From an uncultured Candidatus Binatia bacterium (GTDB lineage Bacteria > Desulfobacterota > Binatia > UBA9968 > CAXXLF01): a stretch of 64,000 bases of DNA. Shown piece after piece: positions 47,630-57,419 of this stretch. Every line of letters starts with the position of its first letter. Within the stretch, counting starts at the first letter, position 1. The DNA lies in contig OZ244621.1 of assembly GCA_965218425.1 (NCBI GenBank), positions 2,592,001-2,656,000 of the forward strand. Direction: 5' to 3'. The notes below the pieces were generated by a model. It was not told the origin of the DNA, did no database searches, and was given only the letters and a program-made list of their open reading frames with translations. A program made the position numbers and the translations under genes.

Positions 47630-50062
47630 ATGTTAAAGTTTGGCAGGTTCAGACAGGATTGGCTTCTGGGGATAGCCTTTGTCTGTTTTTTCATATCGGG
47701 CATGTCGGGTCTGATCTACGAGGTGGTTTGGACCCGGATGCTGACCCAAATCTTTGGCAACACCACCTATGCGGTTGCCACTGTGCTAACCGCTTTCATG
47801 GGAGGGTTGGCGCTAGGTAGTTACCTCTTTGGCCTTTTGGCCGATCAGGGCAAGAATAATTTTTTTCTCTATGGTGCTCTTGAAGCCGGCGTGGGACTCT
47901 ATGGATTTCTCATTCCCTGGCTTTTTAAATGGGTACAGTGGGTTTATGTCCCCCTTTTCTCGCTGAGTCAGTCTCATCCTTTTACTTTTAATCTCTTCCT
48001 CTTTTTACTCTCCTTCATATTTTTAATGATTCCTACCCTGATAATGGGGGCGACCCTTCCGGTGCTCAGCCGCTTCTTTATCGTCAGCTTCAGTCACGTT
48101 GGACGTAGGGTGGGAGACCTCTACGCCACCAACACCATGGGAGCGGTCCTGGGATGTGCATTGGCAGGCTACTGGTTGATTCCTGCCGTGGGGATGCGAG
48201 TCACCGTTTATGTCGCTGCTACCCTCAATGTTCTGATTGCTTTGGTGATTTTTGCAGTGGACCGGGCGCGGGACAAGGAGTTCGAGTTTAACATGGGAAG
48301 TGATGACCCTGTTTCGTTGGGAAAAAAACCTGCCGAGGCGGTTTCCTCTCTGGGTTGGGTACTTCTCGTTTCCATCGGCCTTTCCGGATTTGCAGCCTTG
48401 GTTTATGAAAACAGTTGGACTCGCGCCTTGACCATGGTCATCGGAAGCTCTGTGTATTCTTTTACCACCATGCTGGTGACCTTTCTTGTTGGCCTTTCAC
48501 TTGGAGGGTTCCTCTATGCACGACTGTTCGGAAGGCGCGAAGTGGGACTAAGCACCTTTGGGATCATTCAACTGTTGGCTGGTTTTGCGGCTTTGACCAC
48601 CATTCCGCTGTTCGAAAGATTACCGCTGCTTTTTCTCCGGCTGCTCCATGCCCTTGGGGACTCTTTCTCCCTCTTCCTGTCCATCCAACTGCTTCTCTGC
48701 GCGCTGGTCATGTTGCTCCCGACGGTGCTCCTGGGGATGACCTTTCCGCTGGTAGCCCAACTCTTTACCCAGAAACTCTACCGTGTAGGAAGTAGTGTGG
48801 GAACCTCCTATGCCGCAAATACCCTGGGGGCGATCCTCGGTGCTTTTGCCGGTGGATTTATCTTTATTCCATGGATCGGCATACAGAGTAGCATTGTTCT
48901 GGGCGTAGCACTGAACCTGACAGTGGGGTGGTTTCTACTGGTTCTGGACCCCCGCTCCGCCCTACTGCGTCGATTTGCCGTTGGTCTACTGGTTCTGGTG
49001 GCAGTTATCCTCATTCCATCAGCAATCCCACGTTGGGATCCTCGCATCATTACCAGCGGGGTTTCCATCTATGACGATGTATTTGAAGAGTTTGAAACTG
49101 ACGCTTTGCGACGAGAAGAAATGCGTAGGGACGAAATTGTTTACTACAAGGAAGGGTTAACCGCTACCATCAGTGTCCATCGAGGCGCATCAGACTACCT
49201 CTACTTTAAGACCAACGGAAAGGTGGACGGCTCCCATGGAGATGCTTTGACCCAGTTGATGATCGGTTACATCCCGCTGTTGCTAAATCCCACTGCCAAG
49301 AGCGTTGCAGTAATTGGTCTCGGCACCGGTATGACCGCCAAGGCGGTGGGCGCCTTTCCTATACAAGAGATGGAGATTCTTGAGATCGAGCCTGCCATGG
49401 CCGAGGCTGCCCGTTATTTTGATGACTATAACGAAAATATACTGGACGATCCAAGGGTGCGATTGGTTTTTGCGGACGGTCGGAACTATATTCTTGCCAC
49501 TCCAAAACTATACGACGTGATTACCTCAGAACCTTCCAACCCGTGGATTGCTGGCATTGCCAATCTCTATACCCGGGAATTTTACGAAGTTGTGAGGTCC
49601 AAGCTCAGAGGCAATGGAACATTTGCTCAATGGTTTCATAACTATTCCATGTCCTTGAATGATTTTCGAATGGTGTTTCGTACCTTCGGGGAGGTGTTCC
49701 CCCAGGTTTCGGTTTGGGAGTTAGGGGGAGAGGATTACCTGTTGGTTGGAAGCAACAAGGAACAGGTTTTTGACTACACTGCCCTGGCACCGATTTATTC
49801 CAATAGCCGAACATTGAGTGAAGATTTCAAAGAATTAGGATTAACCGATATCCATGAAGTCCTCTCATTTTACCGAATGGGAAGAAGAGAGCTCATGGCC
49901 TTTAGCAAAGGTGCGGAAGTCAACACAGATGACGGTGCTCAGTTGGAGTATTCTGCGCCGAAAAATGTTGGTTATGACAGTGTGGACGACATCCGCGAGC
50001 AGATGGAGCCCTATATTGTCAAAGCCCCATGGCTTGGGTCCAAATCGGATCTGTGGGATTAA
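47630..50062 (+). CDS. fused MFS-like membrane domain / spermidine-synthase-like SAM domain protein
   Basis: Duplicated SGxxxLxYExxWTR TM repeats; VIGLGTG, EIE, DGR, DVITSEPSNPW. Confidence 0.9.
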   Translation: MLKFGRFRQDWLLGIAFVCFFISGMSGLIYEVVWTRMLTQIFGNTTYAVATVLTAFMGGLALGSYLFGLLADQGKNNFFLYGALEAGVGLYGFLIPWLFKWVQWVYVPLFSLSQSHPFTFNLFLFLLSFIFLMIPTLIMGATLPVLSRFFIVSFSHVGRRVGDLYATNTMGAVLGCALAGYWLIPAVGMRVTVYVAATLNVLIALVIFAVDRARDKEFEFNMGSDDPVSLGKKPAEAVSSLGWVLLVSIGLSGFAALVYENSWTRALTMVIGSSVYSFTTMLVTFLVGLSLGGFLYARLFGRREVGLSTFGIIQLLAGFAALTTIPLFERLPLLFLRLLHALGDSFSLFLSIQLLLCALVMLLPTVLLGMTFPLVAQLFTQKLYRVGSSVGTSYAANTLGAILGAFAGGFIFIPWIGIQSSIVLGVALNLTVGWFLLVLDPRSALLRRFAVGLLVLVAVILIPSAIPRWDPRIITSGVSIYDDVFEEFETDALRREEMRRDEIVYYKEGLTATISVHRGASDYLYFKTNGKVDGSHGDALTQLMIGYIPLLLNPTAKSVAVIGLGTGMTAKAVGAFPIQEMEILEIEPAMAEAARYFDDYNENILDDPRVRLVFADGRNYILATPKLYDVITSEPSNPWIAGIANLYTREFYEVVRSKLRGNGTFAQWFHNYSMSLNDFRMVFRTFGEVFPQVSVWELGGEDYLLVGSNKEQVFDYTALAPIYSNSRTLSEDFKELGLTDIHEVLSFYRMGRRELMAFSKGAEVNTDDGAQLEYSAPKNVGYDSVDDIREQMEPYIVKAPWLGSKSDLWD

Positions 50063-50091
50063 AAGGTGTCAAAACTCACCATGGAGGTTGA

Positions 50092-50209
50092 CCCCGATCC
50101 GACATTAATTGTTCCAAGAAATCGGCCCCTGCGAGTCCCTTGCGATGAGCTATGGTTTAAGCTCATTCCTTCTCGATCATGATGAGATCCTATTTGGGTC
50201 GGATCGGGG
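50092..50209. mobile_element. 118-bp MITE-like element
   Basis: Perfect 12-bp TIRs CCCCGATCCGAC / GTCGGATCGGGG, flanked by direct TTGA (50088-50091 and 50210-50213). Confidence 0.7.
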
Positions 50210-50247
50210 TTGACGGTTCAGATTGCTCCTTGTATAAGCCGCTAACA

Positions 50248-52524
50248 ATGACCACATCGAAGTCCAAACGAGTAAAAATAAGCATCATCGGTAATGCCCT
50301 TCCACGGGTGGAAGGGAGCAGCAAGGTCACAGGCTCCTGCATGTACGCGGGGGATGTGAGTCGCCCCGGCGAGCTGTGGGGAGGTTTTCTTCGTAGCCCC
50401 TACCCCCATGCTCAAATTTTGCACATCGACGTAAGCCGTGCGGTCAATCTTCCCGGGGTCAAGGCAGTGGTTACGGGAAAGGACGTTTCACCGCAGCTGG
50501 AAGGCCTTGGACTGCAAGACATGCCAGTCATGGCTCAGGATCGTGTGCGCTACATTGGAGAGAAGGTTGCAGGAGTGGCCGGGATTGACCAGGAGGTGGT
50601 TGAAGAAGCTCTGGGATTAATAAGAGTCGATTATGAAGAGCTGCCGGCTGTTTTTGATCCGCTGGAGGCGGTGAAACCTGAAGCCCCAGTACTTCACCCG
50701 GACTACGATCAATACGTTGGCCCACACAAGGAGGCCGAACTCAAAAACGTTCAATCCGTGGAAAGGGCGGGACAAGGGGATATCCAGCAGGGCTTCTCCG
50801 AGTCTGACCATATCTTTGAGAATACATTTTACACTCAAATGGTGCACCAGGCTTTTATCGAACCACGCAACGGCCTGGTGGAGATTGATGAACAGGGTCG
50901 AGTGCAGGTTTGGCATTGTCACCAGGCCCCCTTTATGGTGCGGGGTAAACTGTCCGCGCACCTGGACCTTCCGGAGGAGAGGGTTTTGGTACACCCGCTT
51001 TCCACGGGAGGCTCCTTCGGCGGTAAACTCGGATTTGAGGATATCCTCTGTAACTACTATCTGGCACGTGCCGCCGGCAGGCCCGTAAGGGTCAAGGAGA
51101 GCTACACGGAGGAGTTGATTGACGGTCAACCCCGTCATCCGGCCGTGATTGTGCTGCGTACCGGGGTAAAAAAAGACGGAAGACTCTGGGCCTGGGACGG
51201 AAAGGTCTATTACAACGGCGGAGCTTATGCGGCCCGCACGCCACGGAACGGTTTGAACGGCACCTTTTTGTTGGCAGGTTCCTATGGAACTCCCCATGTG
51301 CGAATGGCTGGCTACAGTGTGTACACCAACCAGGTTCCCACCGGATTTTTTCGTGCGCCGGGTGAAGTCCAGACGCTGTTTGCCGTGGAAAGTCACATGG
51401 ACATGATGGCAGAGGCCCTTAAGGTGGATCCCCTTGAATTTCGTCTTTGCAATTCCTTGAAGGAGGGTAATACCAAACCCACGGGTGAACCGCTTCGTTC
51501 TCCCAAAGGCATCGAGGTCCTGGAGCGGGTGGCAGAGATTTCGCGATGGAAAAAAGGGTCCAGTCCGGCTTCCACTAAGAATAGGCCTCATGTCTTCACG
51601 GGACGTGGTGTCGCCTTTGGGTATCGCCACATCGGTACGGGTGAGTCCAGCGCGGAGCTTTTCTTGGAGCCGGACGGCTCCCTCCGACTGGCAACCGCAG
51701 TGCGCGATGTGGGAGTAGGCGCTTATACGATGCATCGACAGGTGGCTGCGGAAACCATTGGGGTGCAGCCCGAGAGGGTCCATATCGACGTGCAAGGGAC
51801 GGATACCGGGACTTACGACGAGGGTGTGAGAGGACAGCGGGGCACCTATGTGGAGGGGCAGGCGGTGGTTAGCGCGACCAACTCACTCATTGAACTTCTG
51901 AAGAAACAAGCGGCTCTCCAATGGAAGGTTGGCCAGGATAGGGTGTGGTGGGAAAAGGGGCGTGTCTGGCTAGCGGATAACAAAAAGGTGTCTTTTGGAC
52001 TGCGGGATTTGACAAAACTCTTTCACGCTCAACCCGTCCGCGGGTACGGTCATTGCAAAGGTGGTCGGCCCGAGGTTTACGTCTTTCAAGCCCTGGTTGC
52101 AGACGTGGAGGTGGACAGGGAAACCGGCCAGATTCTCGTGCAGAAGCTATACTTTGCCCTGGACTCTTCCAAAGTGGTAAACCCCTTGATGCATCAGGGC
52201 CAGATCGATGGCGCTGTGATTCAAGGAATCGGGCAGTCCCTTATGGAGGACCTGGCAGTCGAGGATGGTCGTGTCTTGCCCTTGAGTCTTGGAGACTACA
52301 AAATCCCCAATATCAATGACGTCTCTCCTTTACTCACCTCACTGGTGGACGGTGGAGGTGGACCGGGGCCTTTCGCGACCAAGGCGGTTGCTGAAGCCGG
52401 CATCGGTATTGTGGCGCCAGCCATCGCTAATGCGGTGTACAATGCAACCGGTGTGAGAATCATGGGACTTCCCATCACGGCCCCAAAAGTCTTCGAAGTT
52501 CTAGGAAAAATCAGCAGTCATTAG
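50248..52524 (+). CDS. xanthine-dehydrogenase-family Mo-binding subunit (paralog of 36052)
   Basis: Same motifs as 36052; ATG 50248 just after TTGACG-17-TATAAG. Confidence 0.95.
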   Translation: MTTSKSKRVKISIIGNALPRVEGSSKVTGSCMYAGDVSRPGELWGGFLRSPYPHAQILHIDVSRAVNLPGVKAVVTGKDVSPQLEGLGLQDMPVMAQDRVRYIGEKVAGVAGIDQEVVEEALGLIRVDYEELPAVFDPLEAVKPEAPVLHPDYDQYVGPHKEAELKNVQSVERAGQGDIQQGFSESDHIFENTFYTQMVHQAFIEPRNGLVEIDEQGRVQVWHCHQAPFMVRGKLSAHLDLPEERVLVHPLSTGGSFGGKLGFEDILCNYYLARAAGRPVRVKESYTEELIDGQPRHPAVIVLRTGVKKDGRLWAWDGKVYYNGGAYAARTPRNGLNGTFLLAGSYGTPHVRMAGYSVYTNQVPTGFFRAPGEVQTLFAVESHMDMMAEALKVDPLEFRLCNSLKEGNTKPTGEPLRSPKGIEVLERVAEISRWKKGSSPASTKNRPHVFTGRGVAFGYRHIGTGESSAELFLEPDGSLRLATAVRDVGVGAYTMHRQVAAETIGVQPERVHIDVQGTDTGTYDEGVRGQRGTYVEGQAVVSATNSLIELLKKQAALQWKVGQDRVWWEKGRVWLADNKKVSFGLRDLTKLFHAQPVRGYGHCKGGRPEVYVFQALVADVEVDRETGQILVQKLYFALDSSKVVNPLMHQGQIDGAVIQGIGQSLMEDLAVEDGRVLPLSLGDYKIPNINDVSPLLTSLVDGGGGPGPFATKAVAEAGIGIVAPAIANAVYNATGVRIMGLPITAPKVFEVLGKISSH

Positions 52525-52559
52525 GTTCAAACTGACAGTCTGGCCTTCTTAAAACGCCT

Positions 52560-52817
52560 GCCCAGCGCAAATCTTCTGATGGTGGTGTCGGCAGTGCTGC
52601 TCCCGGTGATGGAGGTGGAGGCGCTACATGATACGGGTCCGGGTTATGCCGAGCGCTGGTGCCCGTGCTGGCGAACTGGCTCGCTAACGCGGCATGGGTG
52701 GGAGTGCTGGTGGCATTCGGCTTTACCACTGCCTTCCTGCACTATGCCCTCGACCGCGCGGTGTTCCGCCTGAGCGACACCGAGGTTCGCAAGGCCGCCG
52801 ACGGATTGTTTCGCTAG
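52560..52817 (+). pseudogene. 3' fragment of a membrane-protein gene
   Basis: GC-rich patch; frame reads WVGVLVAFGFTTAFLHYALDRAVFRLSD; no 5' part. Confidence 0.4.
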
Positions 52818-52832
52818 ACGTTAACCACGCCA

Positions 52833-53669
52833 CTACCGAGGATTGTTGGCCTTGATCCAGTTGCCGATGGCGTGCACCACCTCGTCTTCGATTCCCAGAA
52901 AGCCGTGAGGACCCATCGGCCCACAATGCCTGCCCTGAGCCGGTAGACCCCCTTCAAACGCCATCTGCTCAACCTTCGGGGCGTTTCTCAGAATTTTCAT
53001 GTGTGGCGCTACCCCACCATAGGGTGTCACAATGCACAGGTCCTTCTTATGATGCACAAAAAGGGTGGGAACGGTGATGCCCCCCAGGTCAACGTCCGTT
53101 AGGGTCCCGCCCCCGCCACCTGGGTGAAATACTGTTGCGGTCAGCACGAGGCCATCGGCTCCACCCTCTTTCAAGCGGCTGGCAGCGTTGGCAGCCGAAA
53201 TAGTTCCCCGGCTGGTACCGATCAACCAGACTGGGACATTGCTAGCCTCCATGAGGTACGCAATGACACCCTTGATGTCCAAGGCATGGAAGAAGGTGTC
53301 TCTAGCCCCACGGAGGTTTCTATAATCCGACGGTGAGTCGACGACAGCCACGTTAAATCCCTCATGGGCAAACCTAAATCTTGATCGAACCAGGAAATTG
53401 GAGTCCCGACCAATGACGCCATTTTCTATGTTCAGTGTTCCACCCCCGCCGGCAAACAAAATCACACTCGCCACCGGCCGTTTAACCTTCATAAAGAGAA
53501 AGACCTGCTCCGCGCCTTCACGCTTCGAAACTACGACGTGGCATAGCTCGATGTCGTCTTTGTTGGCGACTTTGTTAACTCTGGCAGGTTCCGTAACCTC
53601 TTTGACATGGGCCGAGCAGCCTACGGAAACGGCCGTGGATAACATTAGAACTGGTATAAGCCGGTTCAT
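52833..53669 (-). CDS. exported/lipoprotein alpha/beta hydrolase
   Basis: Lipobox-like SVGC; LFAGGGG, GTSRG nucleophile, HHKKD, HGFLG. Confidence 0.85.
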   Translation of the reverse strand: MNRLIPVLMLSTAVSVGCSAHVKEVTEPARVNKVANKDDIELCHVVVSKREGAEQVFLFMKVKRPVASVILFAGGGGTLNIENGVIGRDSNFLVRSRFRFAHEGFNVAVVDSPSDYRNLRGARDTFFHALDIKGVIAYLMEASNVPVWLIGTSRGTISAANAASRLKEGGADGLVLTATVFHPGGGGGTLTDVDLGGITVPTLFVHHKKDLCIVTPYGGVAPHMKILRNAPKVEQMAFEGGLPAQGRHCGPMGPHGFLGIEDEVVHAIGNWIKANNPR

Positions 53670-53740
53670 CTTCAGGTTGACTCGTGCTTTCCTTTCGGCT
53701 AGTCTCTGCCCTATAAATATTGCAACTACATGGAGGATTT

Positions 53741-54802
53741 ATGAAGCACAGCAAGATTCACAAGAGTGCTATGACTTTCATGGCCTTAGCCAGTTTTATG
53801 CTTGCAGGAGTTATACTCCCAAGTCAACGGGCGGCAGCCGCAGATTCGTTCTTCAAGGGAAAAACAATTACCATCGTGGTCGGATATGGGCCAGGAGGGG
53901 GGTTCGATATCATGGCTCGCCTTATGGCACGCCACATGCGGCGTCACATTGAGGGGAACCCTAGGTTTATCGTTCAAAACAAGCCCGGCGCGGGGGGACT
54001 CATCACCGCCAACTGGGTCTATGGAAAGCAACCGGGCGATGGCCTCACCGTGGCTATGTTCCATTATTCCTTTGTCACTCAGGCGTTCATGAAAGACCCC
54101 ACAGTCAAGTTTGACCCCTTGAAGTACATCTGGTTTGACGAGCCCACAATTGGAACCCTTCCTAGGGTGGTTTTTCTCCGCACCGATTTGGGCATTCACA
54201 CCTTCGAGGACTTCAAGAGCTATAAACGTCCTCTGGGTATGGCGGAGAGCGGTCGCGGTACGGGTGCGTCCGTAGCGACCCAGTTTCTCAAGAGTCTCGG
54301 ACTCCCCATCAAGAATATCTATGGTTACAGAGGCTCGGCGGATGGCTTCGCAGCCATCGAGCGTGGGGAGGTGGACGGCCGGTTGACTTCCCAGGAGAGC
54401 GCCCAGACCAGGTACAAGCGCTTTCTTGATGACGACATCATTCGGCCCGTCTTGACCATGGGAAGCGACCCTAGAATCAAGACCTTTCCGGGTGTGGCAA
54501 CCTTCAAGGACCTGAACCTCAATGCGAAGCAGAAAAAGGTAGCCAAGTTTTTGACCCGAACCTGGAGTCGTCTCCGCATGTTCGCGCTCCCGCCGGGTAC
54601 ACCACCCGATCGGGTAAAAATCCTCCGTACCGCCTTCACAAAGACACTTGCGGACAAGAAATTTCTCAAAGAGGCCAAGCGGCAGCGGTTAATTATTTCC
54701 CCGGCACCCTGGCAGGACGTGGTGGCGGATATTAAGGGTCTAGCGGAGGCCCCTCCCGATATCGTTAGGGAGTATAGGAAGCTGCTCGGTCTGAAAAACT
54801 AA
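53741..54802 (+). CDS. tctC: tripartite tricarboxylate transporter substrate-binding protein (Bug/TctC)
   Basis: GKTITIVVGYGPGGGFD..AR, VQNKPGAGG, PPGTP; SD GGAGG. Confidence 0.9.
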   Translation: MKHSKIHKSAMTFMALASFMLAGVILPSQRAAAADSFFKGKTITIVVGYGPGGGFDIMARLMARHMRRHIEGNPRFIVQNKPGAGGLITANWVYGKQPGDGLTVAMFHYSFVTQAFMKDPTVKFDPLKYIWFDEPTIGTLPRVVFLRTDLGIHTFEDFKSYKRPLGMAESGRGTGASVATQFLKSLGLPIKNIYGYRGSADGFAAIERGEVDGRLTSQESAQTRYKRFLDDDIIRPVLTMGSDPRIKTFPGVATFKDLNLNAKQKKVAKFLTRTWSRLRMFALPPGTPPDRVKILRTAFTKTLADKKFLKEAKRQRLIISPAPWQDVVADIKGLAEAPPDIVREYRKLLGLKN

Positions 54803-54821
54803 AAAGCCGAGGCAAAGATAT

Positions 54822-54862
54822 AAAGTCCGGCAGAACGAGTCGACTCCGTTTGCCGGACTTTT
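54822..54862 (+). terminator. stem-loop/terminator between tctC and tctA
   Basis: AAAGTCCGGCA ... TGCCGGACTTTT. Confidence 0.65.
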
Positions 54863-55010
54863 CCAACTGTAAGTTTCCATGGGATCACCTGAGTTCTTCA
54901 ACTTCGCTTCACATGTCGAAGATCGTTCCATCGGTGCGAATTAGCAGGTTATCTCTAAGGAGCCAAATTTTCCATTTGATCCGATCTCCTTATTCTTCAA
55001 GGCCCCCCAC

Positions 55011-57014
55011 ATGATTGACTCAGCCGTTTTCGCTCTTCAAGAACTCTTGGTTCCCATGCGCCTCCTCTTTCTATTCCTGGGTGTTCTTATGGGGCTGGTG
55101 CTGGGGGCTATTCCAGGCCTCGGCGGATTGGTGGGGTTGGCCGTACTTCTCCCCTTTACCTTCGATATGGATCCCGCCATGGCATTTGCCATCATGCTCG
55201 GGCTCCTCTCGATCACGAGCACCTCAGACACGATTCCTTCGGTGCTGTTTGGTGTGCCCGGTACCGCGGCGTCCCAGGCCACCATTCTGGACGGCCACCC
55301 GATGGCGAAAAAGGGAGAGGCCGGTAGGGCCCTGGGGGCGGCTTACATGGCTTCGTTGATCGGTGGTCTCTTTGGCGCCGTCGTCCTGGCCTTGATGATC
55401 CCAATTATCAGACCGATCGTTATGGCCTTCGGCGCGCCGGAATTCTTCATGATGGGCATGCTCGGGATCTCGATGGTGGCGGTTCTGAGCGGCGGTGCAC
55501 CCATCAAGGGTCTGGTGGCCGGGGCCCTGGGGCTCATGTTGGGGATGGTGGGGATGGATCCCTTGAGTGGGGTTCACCGCTGGGTCTTCGGCCAACTCTA
55601 TTTGTTGGATGGCGTACCTCTGGTCCCCGTATCCCTCGGCATATTTGCTATTCCGGAAATTGTGGACCTTGTCATACGGGGTACCCGGATTGCCGATGTG
55701 CCCAGTGATGCCTTGAAAGGGGTCATGACGGGTGTCCGTGACGCGTTTCGGAACTGGACTCTGGTCATCCGCTGCAGCGCTTTGGGGGTTTGGATCGGCG
55801 CTATTCCGGGCCTCGGTTCCGCGGTGGTGGACTGGTTCGCCTATGGTCACGCCATGCAAAGTGAGAAGGGCGCGTCGGAGACGTTCGGGAAAGGCGATAT
55901 TCGCGGGGTGATAGCCCCTGAGTCGGCCAATAACGCCAAAGAGGGCGGGGCGTTGGTCCCCACCATCGCCTTCGGTGTTCCGGGGAGTGCTTCCATGGCA
56001 TTGCTTCTCGGTGCCATGATGATCCAGGGCCTCAATCCTGGTCCGGCAATGCTTACCACCCATCTCGATGTCACCTTCACCTTGGTATGGAGTATCGCTA
56101 TCGCAAATATCTTCGGGACGAGCCTGTGCTTGCTCTCCACCAATCTCCTGGCAAAGATCTCTCTGATTCGGATCCATTTGCTGGTACCGCTTATCACTGC
56201 AATGGTTTTCCTGGCTGCCTATCAGTCCAGCCGCCACTATGGAGATCTCTGGTCATTGCTTTTCATCGCCCTTCTCGGCTGGTTCATGAAACGATTTGGC
56301 TGGCCCAGGCCGCCCATCATTCTCGGTTTGGTCCTGAGTACTATCCTGGAAAACAACCTGAATATCTCAGTTGAGATTTATGGATTCGGGATGCTCTCCA
56401 GACCCATCTTCATCGGGATCATATTGATTATCTTTGTGAGCTTGTTTTACGGTTTTCGAATGCAGCGCGGCCAGGCAACCGGCGTCGCAGAAGCCTCACC
56501 CCAGGGCCCAGTGAAATTTCGCTTTCAGGCAAGCGCGCTGTTCACCCTGGTTATGATGGGGATCTTTGGGGGTGCCGTCTACACGGCATGGCAATGGGAT
56601 TTCCCCATTGCCCGAATTTTTCCTTGGTCCATGGGTATCCCTGCCCTCATCCTCTGCATGGCCCAACTCTATTTGGACCTCTTTAGACCTACGGAAGTGG
56701 GAAAAAGCGGCTTCATGGACCTACCGGTGGATCGAAGCGTTCCTGTCTCGGTTGTGATCCGTAGGGCTTCGAATATCTTCGGTTGGATCCTGGGGCTTTT
56801 CTTCGGTACTTGGCTTTTCGGAATGATTGTCATCGTGCCGTTGTTTGTCGTTCTTTATCTTACCATTCAGGGGCAGGAGAAGTGGCGGGTCAGCCTAGTG
56901 TACATGGTGGCTATGATGGCCTTCATGATCGGAGTATTCCATATGGTCTTGAACGTTCCCTGGCCCGAGGCGCTATTCCCGCAACTGCAGCGGGCGATCC
57001 TCGCCTGGTTCTGA
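55011..57014 (+). CDS. tctA: TTT permease TctA with fused C-terminal TctB-like domain
   Basis: GAIPGLGG, PSVLFGVPG, APESANNAKEGG, GVPGS; about 170 extra C-terminal residues with 4-5 TM segments. Confidence 0.9.
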   Translation: MIDSAVFALQELLVPMRLLFLFLGVLMGLVLGAIPGLGGLVGLAVLLPFTFDMDPAMAFAIMLGLLSITSTSDTIPSVLFGVPGTAASQATILDGHPMAKKGEAGRALGAAYMASLIGGLFGAVVLALMIPIIRPIVMAFGAPEFFMMGMLGISMVAVLSGGAPIKGLVAGALGLMLGMVGMDPLSGVHRWVFGQLYLLDGVPLVPVSLGIFAIPEIVDLVIRGTRIADVPSDALKGVMTGVRDAFRNWTLVIRCSALGVWIGAIPGLGSAVVDWFAYGHAMQSEKGASETFGKGDIRGVIAPESANNAKEGGALVPTIAFGVPGSASMALLLGAMMIQGLNPGPAMLTTHLDVTFTLVWSIAIANIFGTSLCLLSTNLLAKISLIRIHLLVPLITAMVFLAAYQSSRHYGDLWSLLFIALLGWFMKRFGWPRPPIILGLVLSTILENNLNISVEIYGFGMLSRPIFIGIILIIFVSLFYGFRMQRGQATGVAEASPQGPVKFRFQASALFTLVMMGIFGGAVYTAWQWDFPIARIFPWSMGIPALILCMAQLYLDLFRPTEVGKSGFMDLPVDRSVPVSVVIRRASNIFGWILGLFFGTWLFGMIVIVPLFVVLYLTIQGQEKWRVSLVYMVAMMAFMIGVFHMVLNVPWPEALFPQLQRAILAWF

Positions 57015-57419
57015 ATTCTGCTACCGTTAAGTGTTACTGACACCTTTTCCGTTCGCAGATCAAAACGCAATAAGCCTGATCCATTGCCCCTTCCCGAGGA
57101 AGATCGAGGGACAGCCGTTATTTAAAAACTTTCACCTTTTCTTCTTCTGGGGCCCTTCTCCAACTCTGCGTGAAAACCGACCTCGGGTTGACATCATAGG
57201 TTGTCATCCGATATTTCCACACAAAGCGAAGGAGGGCTTGTCCGTTTGCCTGTCCCGCGCCCGCTTTGAGCTGTCGACGGCGGGCTGACCGTGGCTGATT
57301 CGGGAAATCTTCGATCCTTGGTGGCCAATCCTCGAAAGCAGAATCCTATCATTGGTTGAAATAGAAGTTGTTCGATGAGTAGTGCGGCGGACGCATCGTA
57401 GGGCAGGGTCGGAACCAAG

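Noticed and set aside
50617..51795. 392-aa antisense ORF (also 55224-56237 and others)
   Set aside because: Shadow frames opposite well-supported genes; no motifs
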